Shown piece after piece: positions 40,487-54,132 of a stretch of DNA of 64,000 bases. The DNA lies in NCBI GenBank assembly GCA_000934665.2, contig JYFJ02001098.1, forward strand, positions 1 through 64,000, written 5' to 3'. The translations under genes were made by a program, and so were the position numbers. How positions within the stretch are numbered: the stretch's first letter is position 1; every line of letters starts with the position of its first letter. The DNA comes from Catajapyx aquilonaris (Eukaryota). Under the pieces are notes generated by a model. It did not search any database. It was not told where the DNA came from and worked only from the letters and a program-made list of their open reading frames with translations.

Positions 40487-41673
40487 ATGGCAATCATCCT
40501 GAAAAAATGCTGCTTTTGCGTCGACATCAAGAGCGGAGCAATTGTTTTTGAACTGTTGAACCTGGTGAATATAACAAGTTCCGAAACGAAACTCGGCTGA
40601 ACTAACACGCTTGATCCCTTCTCATATCATGTATAGCTGGGCTACTTATTGACAACGGTTTGTGTTGTACTAGAAATGGCTAATTGGAGAACGTCCTTTT
40701 GCGCAGGCATAATTCAGGGATCTGTGGACTTGCGGAAATATGGTAAGCCTACCGCAACATATTATATTTTACATATATTATGGTGCTGCATTGCTTAATC
40801 CCTTGATAAGCATAATAATAAGAATTAAAAAGTGAAAAAAGTTATGGATTGTTACCTATATTATGACGAGTTTAAAAGAAAAGTAACAATTGAACCAAGT
40901 GCTTGTGGCATTATATTCCTGGAACATAATCCATATCATTTTACTGGGGATGGGACGGTACAGAATGTTGAACTGTAAATACTGTATTACTCATGTTCAA
41001 ATAACTCCCAATTGAAATAAACACAATTTAAAATACCGTATCTATAAAACTACTCCTGAACTAACCACTACTTAAATTAACTCAAAATTTGAAACAAATT
41101 ACATTTCATCTTAATTATTCTTGACACAACTTTGAAATATTATGCACATATGAAATCGGGAGACCTGAAATTTAATCACTCCCAAGTTGAGCGAAATAAA
41201 TATTTTTCCATCCTCAGTTTCAGTTGGTCTAATTCACTTATTCATACGCGTATCTCATTAATAAATGGATGATATTTCATGTGGTATTTTCTCAGGAAAA
41301 CTCTACCTTTTACTGGTGACAGTGGTGATGGTAGTGGTGAGCTCTGCAGCGAGCGCAGCCATAATTTATGGGATTAAAAATGTATGTATAGCTTACATTC
41401 TAACAGAACACCCATTTGCAATAACAATATTATTTTAATGTTGTTCTTTATTTGCAGAACAAAACGAAGTTCTTAATACCTCCCATGATTCTGAAGCTGG
41501 TGTTTTTGGCACTGATTGTATTCAGCCCCCTTTTCTATGATTCACTATCTGCGGAATTCATCGTGCAATGGATCATATCAAGCGCATTCAATTTGTATGT
41601 TTTGGCAGTCCTCTACTCGTGCTACCGCGCGATGTTAGAGGAGGAACATGATAGTTTGGCAGTTAAATGTTAA
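40487..41673 (+). CDS. T8: four-TM family protein, 161 aa, recent duplicate of T7
   Basis: Exons 40487-40564, 40637-40742, 41296-41381 (86 nt), 41458-41673. Confidence 0.92.
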
Positions 41674-43372
41674 CAGAAAAGATGAGCAAAAATTGTGCCA
41701 TTTTGTGGGAAAGGTATTATTGACCTTGTTGGGTGTTTTGTGTGGCTTATGATATCTATACATTTTTCAGATTGTCATTGAAACCAGCTCTTGCGACATT
41801 GATTGTTCTCATATGTCGCATCTATACCATGCCTTTTTGGATAGAAGTCGTTAATATTTTTTACCCAGAACTTACTACACTCCTATAATTCATATATTCG
41901 CAATTCATTGTTGTGTAATTTGTATTGCCACTATTGCATGCAGCGTGGAGCCTGGAAAAGGTCACGTAGCATTGCATAAAACTGTTGTAATATGTTGTAA
42001 GTACTTTAGTAAAAGAAACATGACCGAAATAAAATATAATAATATTCAAATCCTCGTGTGCAAGTGCTGCCAGTTGGTAGAGTTTACATAGCTCCAGTTC
42101 TCTTTCAAGGCTGCAGATGGCAGTGACATCATAGTGCAATCCCCCTATATATTTTTTTCCAACTCACTTAACTGCGAAAAGGGGGTGGGGGGTGGGTGGT
42201 CCGGAACAAAAAAAAAAGAACCTTGGAAGCGCAATCGATAGTCGGAAGTCTAGTGGGCGACCAACTAAACACAATCCATTGGGACTTGGATCTGCGCCAA
42301 AATATTTGCAACATTTTTTTGATTCCTAAATGAAACTTGAAATTCGTACTGTAGGCATACCGCACCTAATAAAACGCGTTTTGGTATATTTCCAATTGGT
42401 TTAATTATTGCAAGACAAGTATGAAAAGTGGATTGTTTCCTCCAACAACCACTAGCCCCTAGCAACATTTTGTCTGCTGCTTCTCTCTGAATAAACAATC
42501 CACATATTCACACCTGATATGATGCAATTAATATATTTGAATTTAAGTAATATTCGAACGTGTTCGTACCCTTTATATTATTTTAAAACAAATTCAAATT
42601 TTTCGCCAAATTTTTTTCGTGTCATGTTGGAGCTATGCATCCTGCTGGTTGACGACCAGTGATGTCATCTGACCGACACTATTTGAGGGTGCGACGGTCT
42701 CTGTAAAGCGTGGGAAAAATAATAATGCCAGTGCCTTTTGGGAGGGGAGGGTCGAGAACTGGGGGAGAGTTTTGGGGGATGGAGGAAGAGGGGAGAGGAG
42801 GCCAACACAGGGGTTGGGTTTATTGACAGTAGCGCAGGCGCCTAAAATCGAGGCAGATTTTGTGTAAGGTTGGGGGGAGGAAGACTAGGGGAATAGGCGT
42901 AGCTCAATTCCAGGAGGGATTTTGGCTGGCACTGTTTTCGCAGGAATAATACCGGTGAGTTTTGTGACTTTTCAAGGTCCCCCCCACGACACTCCTTGGA
43001 TTATTTTGGACAGGTGCACTCCGTATGTGTTGTGCGAAAGTGTGCTGGGTGGATTACACTGGTAGCTGGGACGCTCTATAAGGCCGTCGATAGTACATTC
43101 CTTCGCTCGTATAGTCAGATATTGCGTTGCATTATTATTGTCGTTATTGGCTATAGGAAGCGACGACAAATGTCACTAATTCATGCCATAAGAGGCACGA
43201 TGACGATTAATAATATTAATATTAATAACAATAATAATACCGATGCCATTAATATGCGAGAAATAATAATTCGAACTGAATAGGCTGCAAGTGTAGGCAC
43301 AAATTGTGGAAATACGATGGATGTCTGATGATTGCGAATATTATATATTTTCAGTGACCGCACAACCTCAAG

Positions 43373-44092
43373 ATGGCCATCATCTTGACATCATGCTGTT
43401 TCTGCGTCCCGCTCAAGAGCGGGGCACTCGTCCTTGGAATTCTGAATCTGGTATGCATTTACACGATATTTAAATAATGTCATGTCTTCTGATGTATTGC
43501 TTATCAACTTGTAGGTAGGAAGCCTCCTGTTTGTGGTGGCCTCGGTGTTGGCCTTGTCCAGCTGGGACACTGTCGAAAAGGAGCTGTCCAAGTTAGGACC
43601 TCTCAATGAAGATGGAATGGAAGGTGGCTCTGAACAACTGGGCATAATGCACTATTTTTTTAAAATATAAATTGTTACTTTCCAGTGCTGTTCTACGTCA
43701 TCGTGGTCACCCTTGTGGTCATGCTCGTGCACTCAATACTGTGTTCTCTTCTTATCCATGGTATCAGGATGGTACGTATCCAATCAGGATCTAAGCCAAT
43801 TCTTTTAAATTGATTCATATATCATAGGAAAAAGATTGATTTTCTGTCACTTTTGTCGCAGGAAAGTCCAAAGCTGATATTTCCATTCCTGCTGATGAAC
43901 ATGGTGGCAGGCGTCCTAGACGTCTTTTTCCTAATATTCCTGAGCGCCACTGGAGACTATTCTGCGCTGGAGGTCATATCTGGATGGGTGACCCTCATCC
44001 TCAGCCTCTACTTCCTCTTCGTGGTCTACTCGCACTACCGAGAGCTGAGAGAGGCACAGCAGGCCACGTATTCCTCAGTGGACAAGTGCTAA
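43373..44092 (+). CDS. T9: four-TM family protein, 167 aa
   Basis: Exons 43373-43450 (MAIILTSCCFCVPLKSG), 43515-43623, 43686-43771 (86 nt), 43862-44092 (..YFLFVVYSHYREL..). Confidence 0.92.
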
Positions 44093-47000
44093 TGAGACCA
44101 AGCCTATCAGGGGATCACAATAAGAGCGGTTGAAAAAGCAGCCCAATAGCCATCCATCCATGCATGTCCATCCTCCCAAAACACACATACACACAAAATA
44201 CTATTGTTAACAAAATGAAGACCTGAAATGCAGGAAAAAAAATCAAATTGGAATTATTTCCTTATTATTACTGTGAGATAGTTAATTCAGTGGAAAATTC
44301 ATAGGAAAATTCACCTCAAGGACTATATTACATTATTACCTTTAATTTCGAGTAAAATGTAACTTCGGACTGAATTTCAGGTCTCAACATATATTCACAC
44401 AACGAACAGTTTGTTTTTTTCCAACTCTCTTAATTAACTTAACTATCGATTTGAAACACTGCAACCTGGTTAGTTTTCAATAAGCACACGTATTTCTGAC
44501 AAAATGGTGCTGCATTAAATCCGTCAAGGTTTGATATTCAATTTACATTTTAGTTATGAGCATTGCTGTCCTTGTACAGTATGAATGACCTTCATGGTGA
44601 CCAATGCGTTTACTAATATTACATAACGTAACTATCATTGCATACGACATGTCGGATAATAATTAGAGGCCACATAATATAGAAAACAAAAGTGCGACCG
44701 ATTTGTACTTTTCCAATTTGTGGTAGGTTATTTTTATTCGACAAAATATCAACGCATAACAGATATTAATTATTATGGAAATTGTGTAGCGTTAAACTTT
44801 CCACAATCAGGCGCAAGATATTTATGATAGTCCTAAAATTAGCTATCAATTATTGATAGTATAATGATATCAAAACACTGCCAGATAAGCCAGTAATAAA
44901 CCCGACAAAGTTGGTACTGTTCTGCTCCAGTGCTTCATTGTGTCATCGTTGCAAGCGTAACGGAAGCAAATATTTAGCTTATGCCACGGTAAAATAGGTT
45001 TTAATACGACCAGTAAAGGCTGTTTTATATTTATTTGTAAATATAGAGAAGATTTCCTATTTGAAAAATAGTGCAAGGCAGATTCAGTTTTTTCACACTA
45101 AAACACGCTATCAAACACAACTGTCAACAATACGTGTGCTCTTTTTGAACAAAAACCTGGTGTAACCTATTCATTCTAAAACAGTACAAAATGCATCTGA
45201 CTCTTTACTTAATTCCCCAACAAAAAAGTTATATCGGAAAAAAGCGGTTATACAAACATTTTGGTAGTTCAAGCCAGCCCAAAAAAATCACTATACAATA
45301 GCTGACCTTAGAACTACGTGTTTTTTCTCTCTCTCTCAATTTCTCGTATCTTGTTGCTCTAGAGCAATATTTTTTAGCGTACGACAGTCGGTAGTGTGGA
45401 CAAGTCACTGCCACGATTCGAAGTTAATAATTATATGAGACGGGTTACATCCAATGACAGGCAGCAGGATTAGAGAGTTAATTGAGATGTACCCACCCCA
45501 GGATTTAAAAATGCGGTGCCTTTTAATTTAAATTAGCCAACGCTTTATGAGCAGTTACAGTAAATACATGTTAGAGCGGAGGAATAATAATATGTATACG
45601 TTTTATTTCCTCTGGTGCCTTTTGCGAAGTTTATTACAATGTCCAGAATAGATGCTTGATTTTTGTGCGGAACCAACGGGCTGTAAATATGATTTAACGC
45701 CATAGGTTTTACCCAACAAAAAAAATGTACAATAGTGACACAAAGTGTTCATGAATTAATCATATGACAAACTGCCAGTTTCATACAGATTTACAATCAA
45801 AGTACTGGAAGTCGTTATCCCCAAACACGTGCTAAAAATACACGACCCAGGTGTATGACGTGCCAATCCAATTTTCGAAAAAAATAAAGGATTGGTCTTG
45901 TAATAAATTAATATAAATAATAACACAATAATAACACCGAGGCTTTTCTTGGCTTTCGTTTCGGCCTGCATATATCCTTGGCCTCGCATCCTCTTACTTT
46001 GCAGGACATCAATTAAGGAGTTACGGACTGCAATTAGCCAATTAGACACATTGCCAGCTTAATTCGTACCTCACGCCACGCATAGCTTTGGCTTTAAAGT
46101 GGCCCCATACATTTTTTCTGAAAACAATTATTTTTCTGGCTATAAAAATATTTGGGCAATATTCTGGCAGTTGCACATTTTTATGCTGATGGGTTTGGCG
46201 GGTGAACAGGAAGCAGACATCAAGTGACAGCGACGCAGGCGCAAAAATGAAGCAAGAAATAGAATAAAGAAGGAGATAGCAGTACGATTCTGGGTCGGAC
46301 TCTGTATACCGCAGTGCTCTCAACTCTGAATTTTTTACACAAAAATATAATTAGGTAAGTAGTGGCATTATTTGCATCCCTTCACTGAGCATTGTACATT
46401 ACGCTTTTTTCCATTTGAGTAATGTTTTCTCAAGTTTTCCTGATGACAATATTTTCATTAATTATTTCCAAAAATAGCACCAAGTTTTAAAATCTGCTAT
46501 TTTTGAAGCTTATGGCAGTGCCATCTACATTAAAATTACATTAATGTAATCTGGCTTAAATTTCACATTTATGGCAGTTGCTGAAAACAATAAAAAGTAA
46601 CGAGTAACGAATTTTATGTGCATTTGTGTACATCCTTGTGCTGAAGCATTCTAAGCTAAACACGCGTACCATAAAAATTACAATAATTTACGCCCATCGG
46701 TGCACTGTAATCTGATTACAATATTAGCTCTCAGGTGTATAATTACGACTGTAATTATTGCGACATGATTTTTTGAGGTAGGTTGTATCACATGTCCCTC
46801 TCATGGACGAGCCCCTTTTCCAACAGCAGTTTCTATTTACAGACAGACTAAGAGGCACACTGCCAAACATATGTGGTGGGTGCTTCACACTTGCACTCAT
46901 TTTCTAGTAAGGCAGGGCCACGATTCAACCTCGTAGTCACGTACAGTACTCATCGCGTGATGTTTTGCCAAGCCGGCAATCCACAGGTGTGTTGCAGGAT

Positions 47001-47440
47001 CGATCTCTATGTACTACTACAGACGGGTGTGGTCAAAATCACATGTCTCAAGATGAGTCAGGGGACATAATGGGAAACATCTGTAGGGGCATTGTTTGTG
47101 TATCTTGATTCTTGAACAAAGCACTTCCAGAACTGTTCGGGTTGTAATGGCTCATTAAAAAAATTAAAACGCTTAAAATTGAATGGAGTCTGGGCTTCTG
47201 ATAATGAATTTTTAGGATGGAGTAAAAAAGTATAAACGGTCGTTATTACACTGTTATCGCGCAAGTGCAGGACACGTTCGTTGGTGTCACCTGAGGATTA
47301 GGGCTGTACAAATGTGCATGTGACTTGTCAGGAAATGAGTAACGATCCCAGCATACTGTACTGTACACTTGTCGCAAAATTATGTGACAGTCCGAAGTTG
47401 TATAAAGTATGAAAATGACATGTACGTCAATATCTTTCAG

Positions 47441-48073
47441 ATGGCTGTACTTAAGTCGTGCTTATGTTGCTGGTCAGTTCATGTTGGGACATTGCTGTTC
47501 GGCCTGGTCGCTTTGGTAAGTCAGGATTGTCCATCTGCTTTTAAAATTTCACCGTATATTCTCCATATACGTTTCTTTCAGTTTGGAGGCATTGTTGCGA
47601 CAATAACGACAGCAGCGGCCTTGTTAAAATGGGACATATTCAGCAGGGAAATGCGTCTTCAGGGATTTCACGAAGGGATTATCCAATGTAATACGTGCAT
47701 CAATGTATATCGATGACCATCACTTTAATATTGTGACAATATTTTCCTTGCAGTTTCGTTCACAATGCAAGTGCTGATGTTGTTGGATTTCATGTTGCTG
47801 GTGCTGGTCTCGTGCTTCCTGATCCATGGAGTCCGGACATCAGCTCCGTCTCTGATAGTACCGTTCATCTTCACAGTGGCCATCAACGTGGTCGTGGTTT
47901 CAGTGCTGATCGTGGTGCTTCTTCTGTCAGACGTGCCTATTTTGTACTACGGAGTCACCACAATGGTCGTCTTCCTCATTGTCAGTGCTTATGTGATACT
48001 GGTTGTGATCTCGCAGTATCAAGAACTCAGAGCCAGGTCCTTGCTTAAGCTTCACCACATCAGCAGGTTCTGA
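47441..48073 (+). CDS. T10: four-TM family protein, 166 aa, lacks intron 3
   Basis: Exons 47441-47515, 47582-47687, 47754-48073 (fused: LIHGVRT-SAPSLIVPF). Confidence 0.9.
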
Positions 48074-48652
48074 ACAAAAAAGTGTACCTTCATGGACAGG
48101 TGGTGGCAAATATGTAAGGAGAATAAATGGAGACCACATCATTATTTTAATGGTGCTGTCGACTGTTCACTTTGTGCAGAGTGGTGCAGTGATGCATCAA
48201 GGTCCGAGAGATGATGGACTCATTAAGATGGACGCATGCGTTATGTCACTTGATTATGCTAAGGAGGACGTGAGTGTCTTGAAGTCAGCTCAGTTGAGAA
48301 TTATTGAGTGAGGCTGCAAGACGAGCAATCTAAACAGCTGTGGTGAGTCTCTCGTTTCCGCATTCTAGTTATTAAAAATAATAATGTCACTGGAACAGGA
48401 AAGGGAGTTGAAACAATCTTTTAAGTGTAGGTCACTTGCATTGTTCCTAAGGGAAATATAATGTCAAAGCTATATTGAGAACCGTTCCTCTGAATTTTGT
48501 TAGTCTACAACTCTACATTATTGTTGTACTAATATTCATGCGTCAGCATTATTAAGATCGTTTCTAAATGCACTAAATAATTTAGTGCCACGCAAAGAAA
48601 TTAAAATATTTTTCCCCAGACAGTTTGCAGTTTATTTATACCAACTGTCATC

Positions 48653-49537
48653 ATGGCGATTCTCAAACATTGCTGTTGCTGCTTCTCCTTGCGTACTGGA
48701 TCCTTGATTCTTGGAATATGCAGCTTGGTAAGCTTTTAATTGTTATAGAAGCAACTATCTTCTAACAAGTAACTTTTCTAAAATACTCGTATTAGATTGG
48801 GTGCATCATAGGCATCGTGGCCATGTGTGTAGTTTTGCCTGTCTTCAAGGATATTGCCAATAATATCCGCAGAGACCCCCCGGAAGGAGTTTACGATGTT
48901 GAAGAGTACATCAGCTGTATGTATCCACTTCGGTTTGAATTGCTGAAATGCAGAACGATCAGTCACATTTCGGCCTAAACCAAATCAGCAATGCGAGTTT
49001 TTTTTACTAATAGTCAATTCAGTTTTTTAAGCCGCTTAAGAAATATTATCCCGTATAATAAGTTCAAACTTTCAGAGATTGAATGTGACTCTAATCGTTC
49101 TGCACAGTGGTAGTTTATGAAGCGTAATATATATTGATTATTTTTACTAAACAGTCATACATGGCCTCGCCATCACTTTGCTGGTGATGTGCATCCTCGG
49201 CTTGCTCGAAACCATTCTGCTTATCCACGGAATCAGAACAGTAAGAACACTCTAATTATTAGTAGCCTAAATCAACAACATTATTAATCCCATGGTTAAT
49301 TTTTAGGAGCATCCAAAAATGATGATGCCATTCATCATCGTGAGTGCGATCGGACTGATCATTGGAGTGATCCTGGGCATTGTCATGATGGCTCGTGGAG
49401 GTGACCTGATATCCTCCATTATCACCATATGTGTAGATACGCCACTAGGGATATACTTCCTGATAGTGATATACTCCCACTACCAGGAGCTGAAAGAGGG
49501 TCAGGAAGTCGGAACTACCCCAGTCACAACCGCTTAA
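48653..49537 (+). CDS. T11: four-TM family protein, 170 aa
   Basis: Exons 48653-48727 (MAILKHCCCCFSLRTG), 48796-48916, 49155-49240 (86 nt), 49307-49537. Confidence 0.93.
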
Positions 49538-50506
49538 AAATTCAACAAATCATCGGGTTTGACTTTCGCTCGTCACGACCATTAATTAATGCTGATTTTT
49601 CACATAATATAATCATTTGTGTCACTGGACAGTAACGGTACAGCATTGCTGCGCTTATTAGCCTTAAAACGCCATGCTCTGTGTAGATGTTACTAAAAAT
49701 AATTACTATGCTTGTCGCATAAAATGGACGTGCAGGATAAGGAAGATTTTATTTACTGACTGTGGTCATACAAGGCTATTTAATGCTACCAGCATGCACT
49801 AATCTGTTGTGAATTTGTGATTTGTATGCAGCTTTTATACCAAAATAAAATGTGGGGCCTATATTTTAAACTTATGTACAATATTGACAACCTTCATGAT
49901 CATACCTTCAGGCTGTAATGCTACTGAAATTTATATGAAAAAGACAGTAAATAATTTTGAAGCAATTTCTTCAATATTATTTTTGAAGCACTTTCGTCAA
50001 TATTATTTTTGAAACCCTTTCACTCCATTTCAAGATGTTAAGTAATTCCTACGAATTTAGGCCGAAAAGGCCATTAGCAAAAATAATATCGCGACTTCTC
50101 TGTTGACTCCGATAAATGTCAAAAAAAAGTAGGCTGCACTAAAAATTACTGTGGCAGGCCTACGCCCCGGAGTAATCAAGGTTTGCTTGCAGACTATTAG
50201 TGCAGACTCGTAAAAGTGGAGAAAAGATCGGGTACACAGTAATGCCCCCGGAGTGTGGCGACTGCGCTGCGCCTCTTGATTACTTTGGAATGAAAGACGA
50301 CGTTTCTGACTTGTGAAGAGCACCAGGAAGTCAGGCCATAGCAGCCGGGTAACCCTCAAGCAGCTCTCAACTAATACATGATAGATTACATAGTTTATAC
50401 CAAGTGACAAGGCTGGCACATAAGAGGGACAAAATCAGAGGTGAGTGAACGAGTATTCAACATAGTAAAATAATGCTTATAATATACCACTTACAGGTCA
50501 GAAACC

Positions 50507-51224
50507 ATGCCAATTATTAACAAGTGCTGCGTATTCTTCACTTTACGAAAAGGGTCTCTTGCCGTGGGAATTATCAGCTTGGTAAGTCGTTATTTATTCA
50601 TTTACTCCTGATGGGGCTGAGGCACGTCCAACAATATAACTAGCCGAGTGCACCAAATAATAATTTTCCTTAAAGGTACTGTGCATCATATGCTCCTTGG
50701 TGATGATCAGAATCTTGATAACGTTTGAGAGCACTATTTCCAAGAGAATACGCAATCGTCCACCAACAGATGCTGACAACATTGAAAATTACATAGCAAG
50801 TAATATTGCATCTCGCTTTACGAGTTATGGCAAATGTTTGTACAATATTTTTATTTTCCAGTTCTTCGAGCTTTGATCATTGTTTCACTCGTGGCACTAA
50901 TTATTGGCGCAGTAGTTGCATCGCTGCTCATACATGGAATAAGAACGGTAATTTTTTGAAAAATTAATATGGTTGTGAGAATCAAAATTACAAATTTGAT
51001 TTTGTTTTCTTCAGGGCCGTCCGTTCTTGGTGATACCCTACTTGGTGATGGGGGCTGTCGATTTGGTGACTGGAATCATCATGGATGTTGTCATATTGGC
51101 TGAAGGTGTCAATAAGGTCTCGGTATTAATAGAGATGATAGTTTCGTCGGTGCTGGGAACATACGTTCTCTTGGTGGTGTTTTCGTACTATCAGCAGGTG
51201 CGCGAAAGAGCGCGGCAGGTGTGA
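50507..51224 (+). CDS. T12: four-TM family protein, 164 aa
   Basis: Exons 50507-50581, 50676-50799, 50862-50947 (86 nt), 51015-51224. Confidence 0.92.
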
Positions 51225-52929
51225 CCACTATTGTAGGAGAGAATGATCTTATGAAAAAAATAGTAGCGTCTGGTTTTGATAATAGAAAGCTGGAGAAATT
51301 GGGTATTGCACTGTGGGTAAGATTTTCCTGTAACTAAATTTTGAAAGTGAGCCTTGAAGTTGACCTCTTAATTTTTTTTCTCGCATTCACTTTAAATTTT
51401 AAAAATAAGGCACATGATATTTCCGCTCATTATTTTGTCTACACAGCTATATAATTATGCTGCCTAACTGTTAGGATCACAGTCATATCATGCTACAATA
51501 ATAATTGTACCAATGCAGTATTATTATTATTTTGTTCATGCGGACAGTAGCTTCCACTTTAATTAATTAATTACACTTGAAAATATTGGAACTTAGCACT
51601 AGATTTTCCTACGTATTTTTCATAATAACGCAGGCTCTTATTGTCGAAGGCTATCCATATTATAAATAATGCAACTAAACTTTTCACTTATACTATGCAC
51701 GTTCACACATTCAGTATTAGCCCTATCACTTTCGCGTTTTTATGTAGCCTAATTACTCTGAATATAAATACCAGTAATGTAATAAATCATGATAACATAA
51801 GATGGCTATATTAATTCTTGATATAATTTTATTTCCAAGGAAAGACATTTTCGACCACAAAATACATTCATTCCAAAAATGTGATACTGCTGCACTCTGA
51901 TGGAAATTCTCTGACTTTTTTTTACGCTACCCCGTGATAGGGCCATTTTAGAGAGGTTAGGAAATTCTGTGATTTAAATATATGCAACGCATGTTTAGTC
52001 GCCATAAAAGGGAATTCTTGCATCAATCATAACGCCGACTATAAGGTATGGTTTATAATGCATATAGCCTGCCCGTCTCATTCATGCCAGAGGAATCTTG
52101 ATTGCGACACGTGTGAAGCATCCTACGCACAGGTGTCCATATACGAGGAACTGGATCTGATTTATACTTCCCGGTGTGGATACCCTATAGAATGCAGCGT
52201 TATGTAAGAATGTTGTTGTCTTTCCCCCGGAATCATAGGCCAAAAAATAGACACTTACAGTATCTACGCGTGGGATCCGAATTTGGCGAGGGATGCTCTC
52301 AAGGCTGCGATAGTTTCAGTTCGTCTTATTCACTTCAGACGTAAGTACGCATATGTATTGTTCACGTATATTGTAGGACACTACGTGGACTTGCCCTTAT
52401 TATATTATTTAAATATTAGTAGACCCTACTTTTTAAAGCAATTTTTTGAAACTTGTTAGATATGTAAACTGCAAAATTATAATTAATATTAAATTACACT
52501 GCATGATTGTGTGCAATGTTTTTGTATTGTATTCCAACATGTCTCACATGAGTGAATTCATTCTTGTTCTAAAGCCTTTTACGCATGACTCCACAAATAA
52601 CTACCCTACTTAGCGATATTTTCTAAACATCACATAAAATTCACGGAAATCCTGGAATAAGTACATGCCCATCATTTTTCAAGAAAAATGGGCCATGCCA
52701 GCAAAGTGTGGGAGGAAGCTTATTACAGGGAGAGTGGGGCAACACACACTATTAATAGTTACTGGGTGACTTTGCCTCTGTACTTATGTCACTCTCTCAT
52801 TGCTGGTTTTGCCCGCACTAGTCCAACATCACATCTGACTGTCAATTATTATTCAAGATTCAGCAGTGACGTTTCAAGTACGTTTCGTAGGCAGCAGCAA
52901 GAGACCCACTGTCAAAAGGAAGAGGAAAC

Positions 52930-53791
52930 ATGCCTATTCTCAACAACTGTTGTTGTTGCTGTTCTACGCGAACAGGCTCACTCTACGTGGGAATAGTCAC
53001 CCTAGTAAGTATGTTAGTGACACCTTTTTGGAACAGTTGTTTGACCAATTTCTTCCCACGCAAGGTTGCGAGTAATTTGGGGGCACTTGGAATGATTGGA
53101 GTTTTGGTGGCGTACGATGACATTGCTCAAGCCATCCGGGAGGACCAAGCAAGTGGTGACAACACGGAAGAATTCATTAGTTGTGAGTAACAATGGCAGA
53201 TACAGCCTATGACACTTCCATCTCCTTTGAAACATCGATGACAACTGATTTTAAATTAAAAAATTAGTATACGTATAAGGATACCCGTCAGCATGTTCTG
53301 AAGTGTCTGAAGGCTTTGTAACGACATAAAGTCATCATCGAGGTTTTGGCTAGATCTTATTCATATTTAATTTTTTGCATTTATTGCAGTTATGCATATT
53401 GTTTCCATCGTCTCGCTGGTGCTGTTTCTGATTGGACTGGTCGTAGCCGGCCTTCTGATATACGGAATCGTAAAGGTACAGTATATAACATTTTAAAGGG
53501 CATTACATAATCAATGGCTAAAATGCTGTAATTTATTCGGACAAATTTTCCCGACAGATTAAGTCAACGCCTATGATTCCCTATCTCATCTTCGGTCTTT
53601 TCGCCCTGGTTCTTGGGATCATACTGGACACACTGACCATCACAAAAGGAGGCAACACGATCGGAGCCATTGCAGCAATGGTGCTCAGTACTCTGGTGGG
53701 CACGTACTTTCTTCTGGTCGTATTTTCGCATTACCAGGAAGTGAAAGAGCAACACAAAATTAATTGGCCGCCGATGCTGACCAAGATATAA
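52930..53791 (+). CDS. T13: four-TM family protein, 170 aa
   Basis: Exons 52930-53004 (MPILNNCCCCCSTRTG), 53065-53182, 53390-53475 (86 nt), 53558-53791. Confidence 0.93.
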
Positions 53792-54132
53792 GCAAAAGAT
53801 TTATTCTCCGCCACTGGCCAAAACCTTACTTCCAAAAAAAAACTGTATTAAAATAAAGGAAAGTATATTTTTAACTCGTAAATGTTGTGCGCACATTTCA
53901 TTCCTGGATATTACGTTCATTAATTTGGAAAAACGTGCTTGTCTTTGAATATTGTTGTTTTATTCTGTCAGTGGACATTGTTGGTCTAGTTTCCATGGAT
54001 AACTGTATAAGCAAGACCAGATTATTGCACACCAAAAATTAATCCCTTTTTTTGCTCCCGTCGATTTCATAATGCGATCCTGATTAGGCACATTCTCATT
54101 TAAAAACCACATCAGTATCTCTGCTATCCAAA

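Larger units (their letters stand above)
38022..41860 (+). repeat. Segmental duplication copy 2 (contains the T6 remnant and T8)
   Basis: Direct-orientation copy of ~32420-37670 with internal deletions. Confidence 0.9.
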
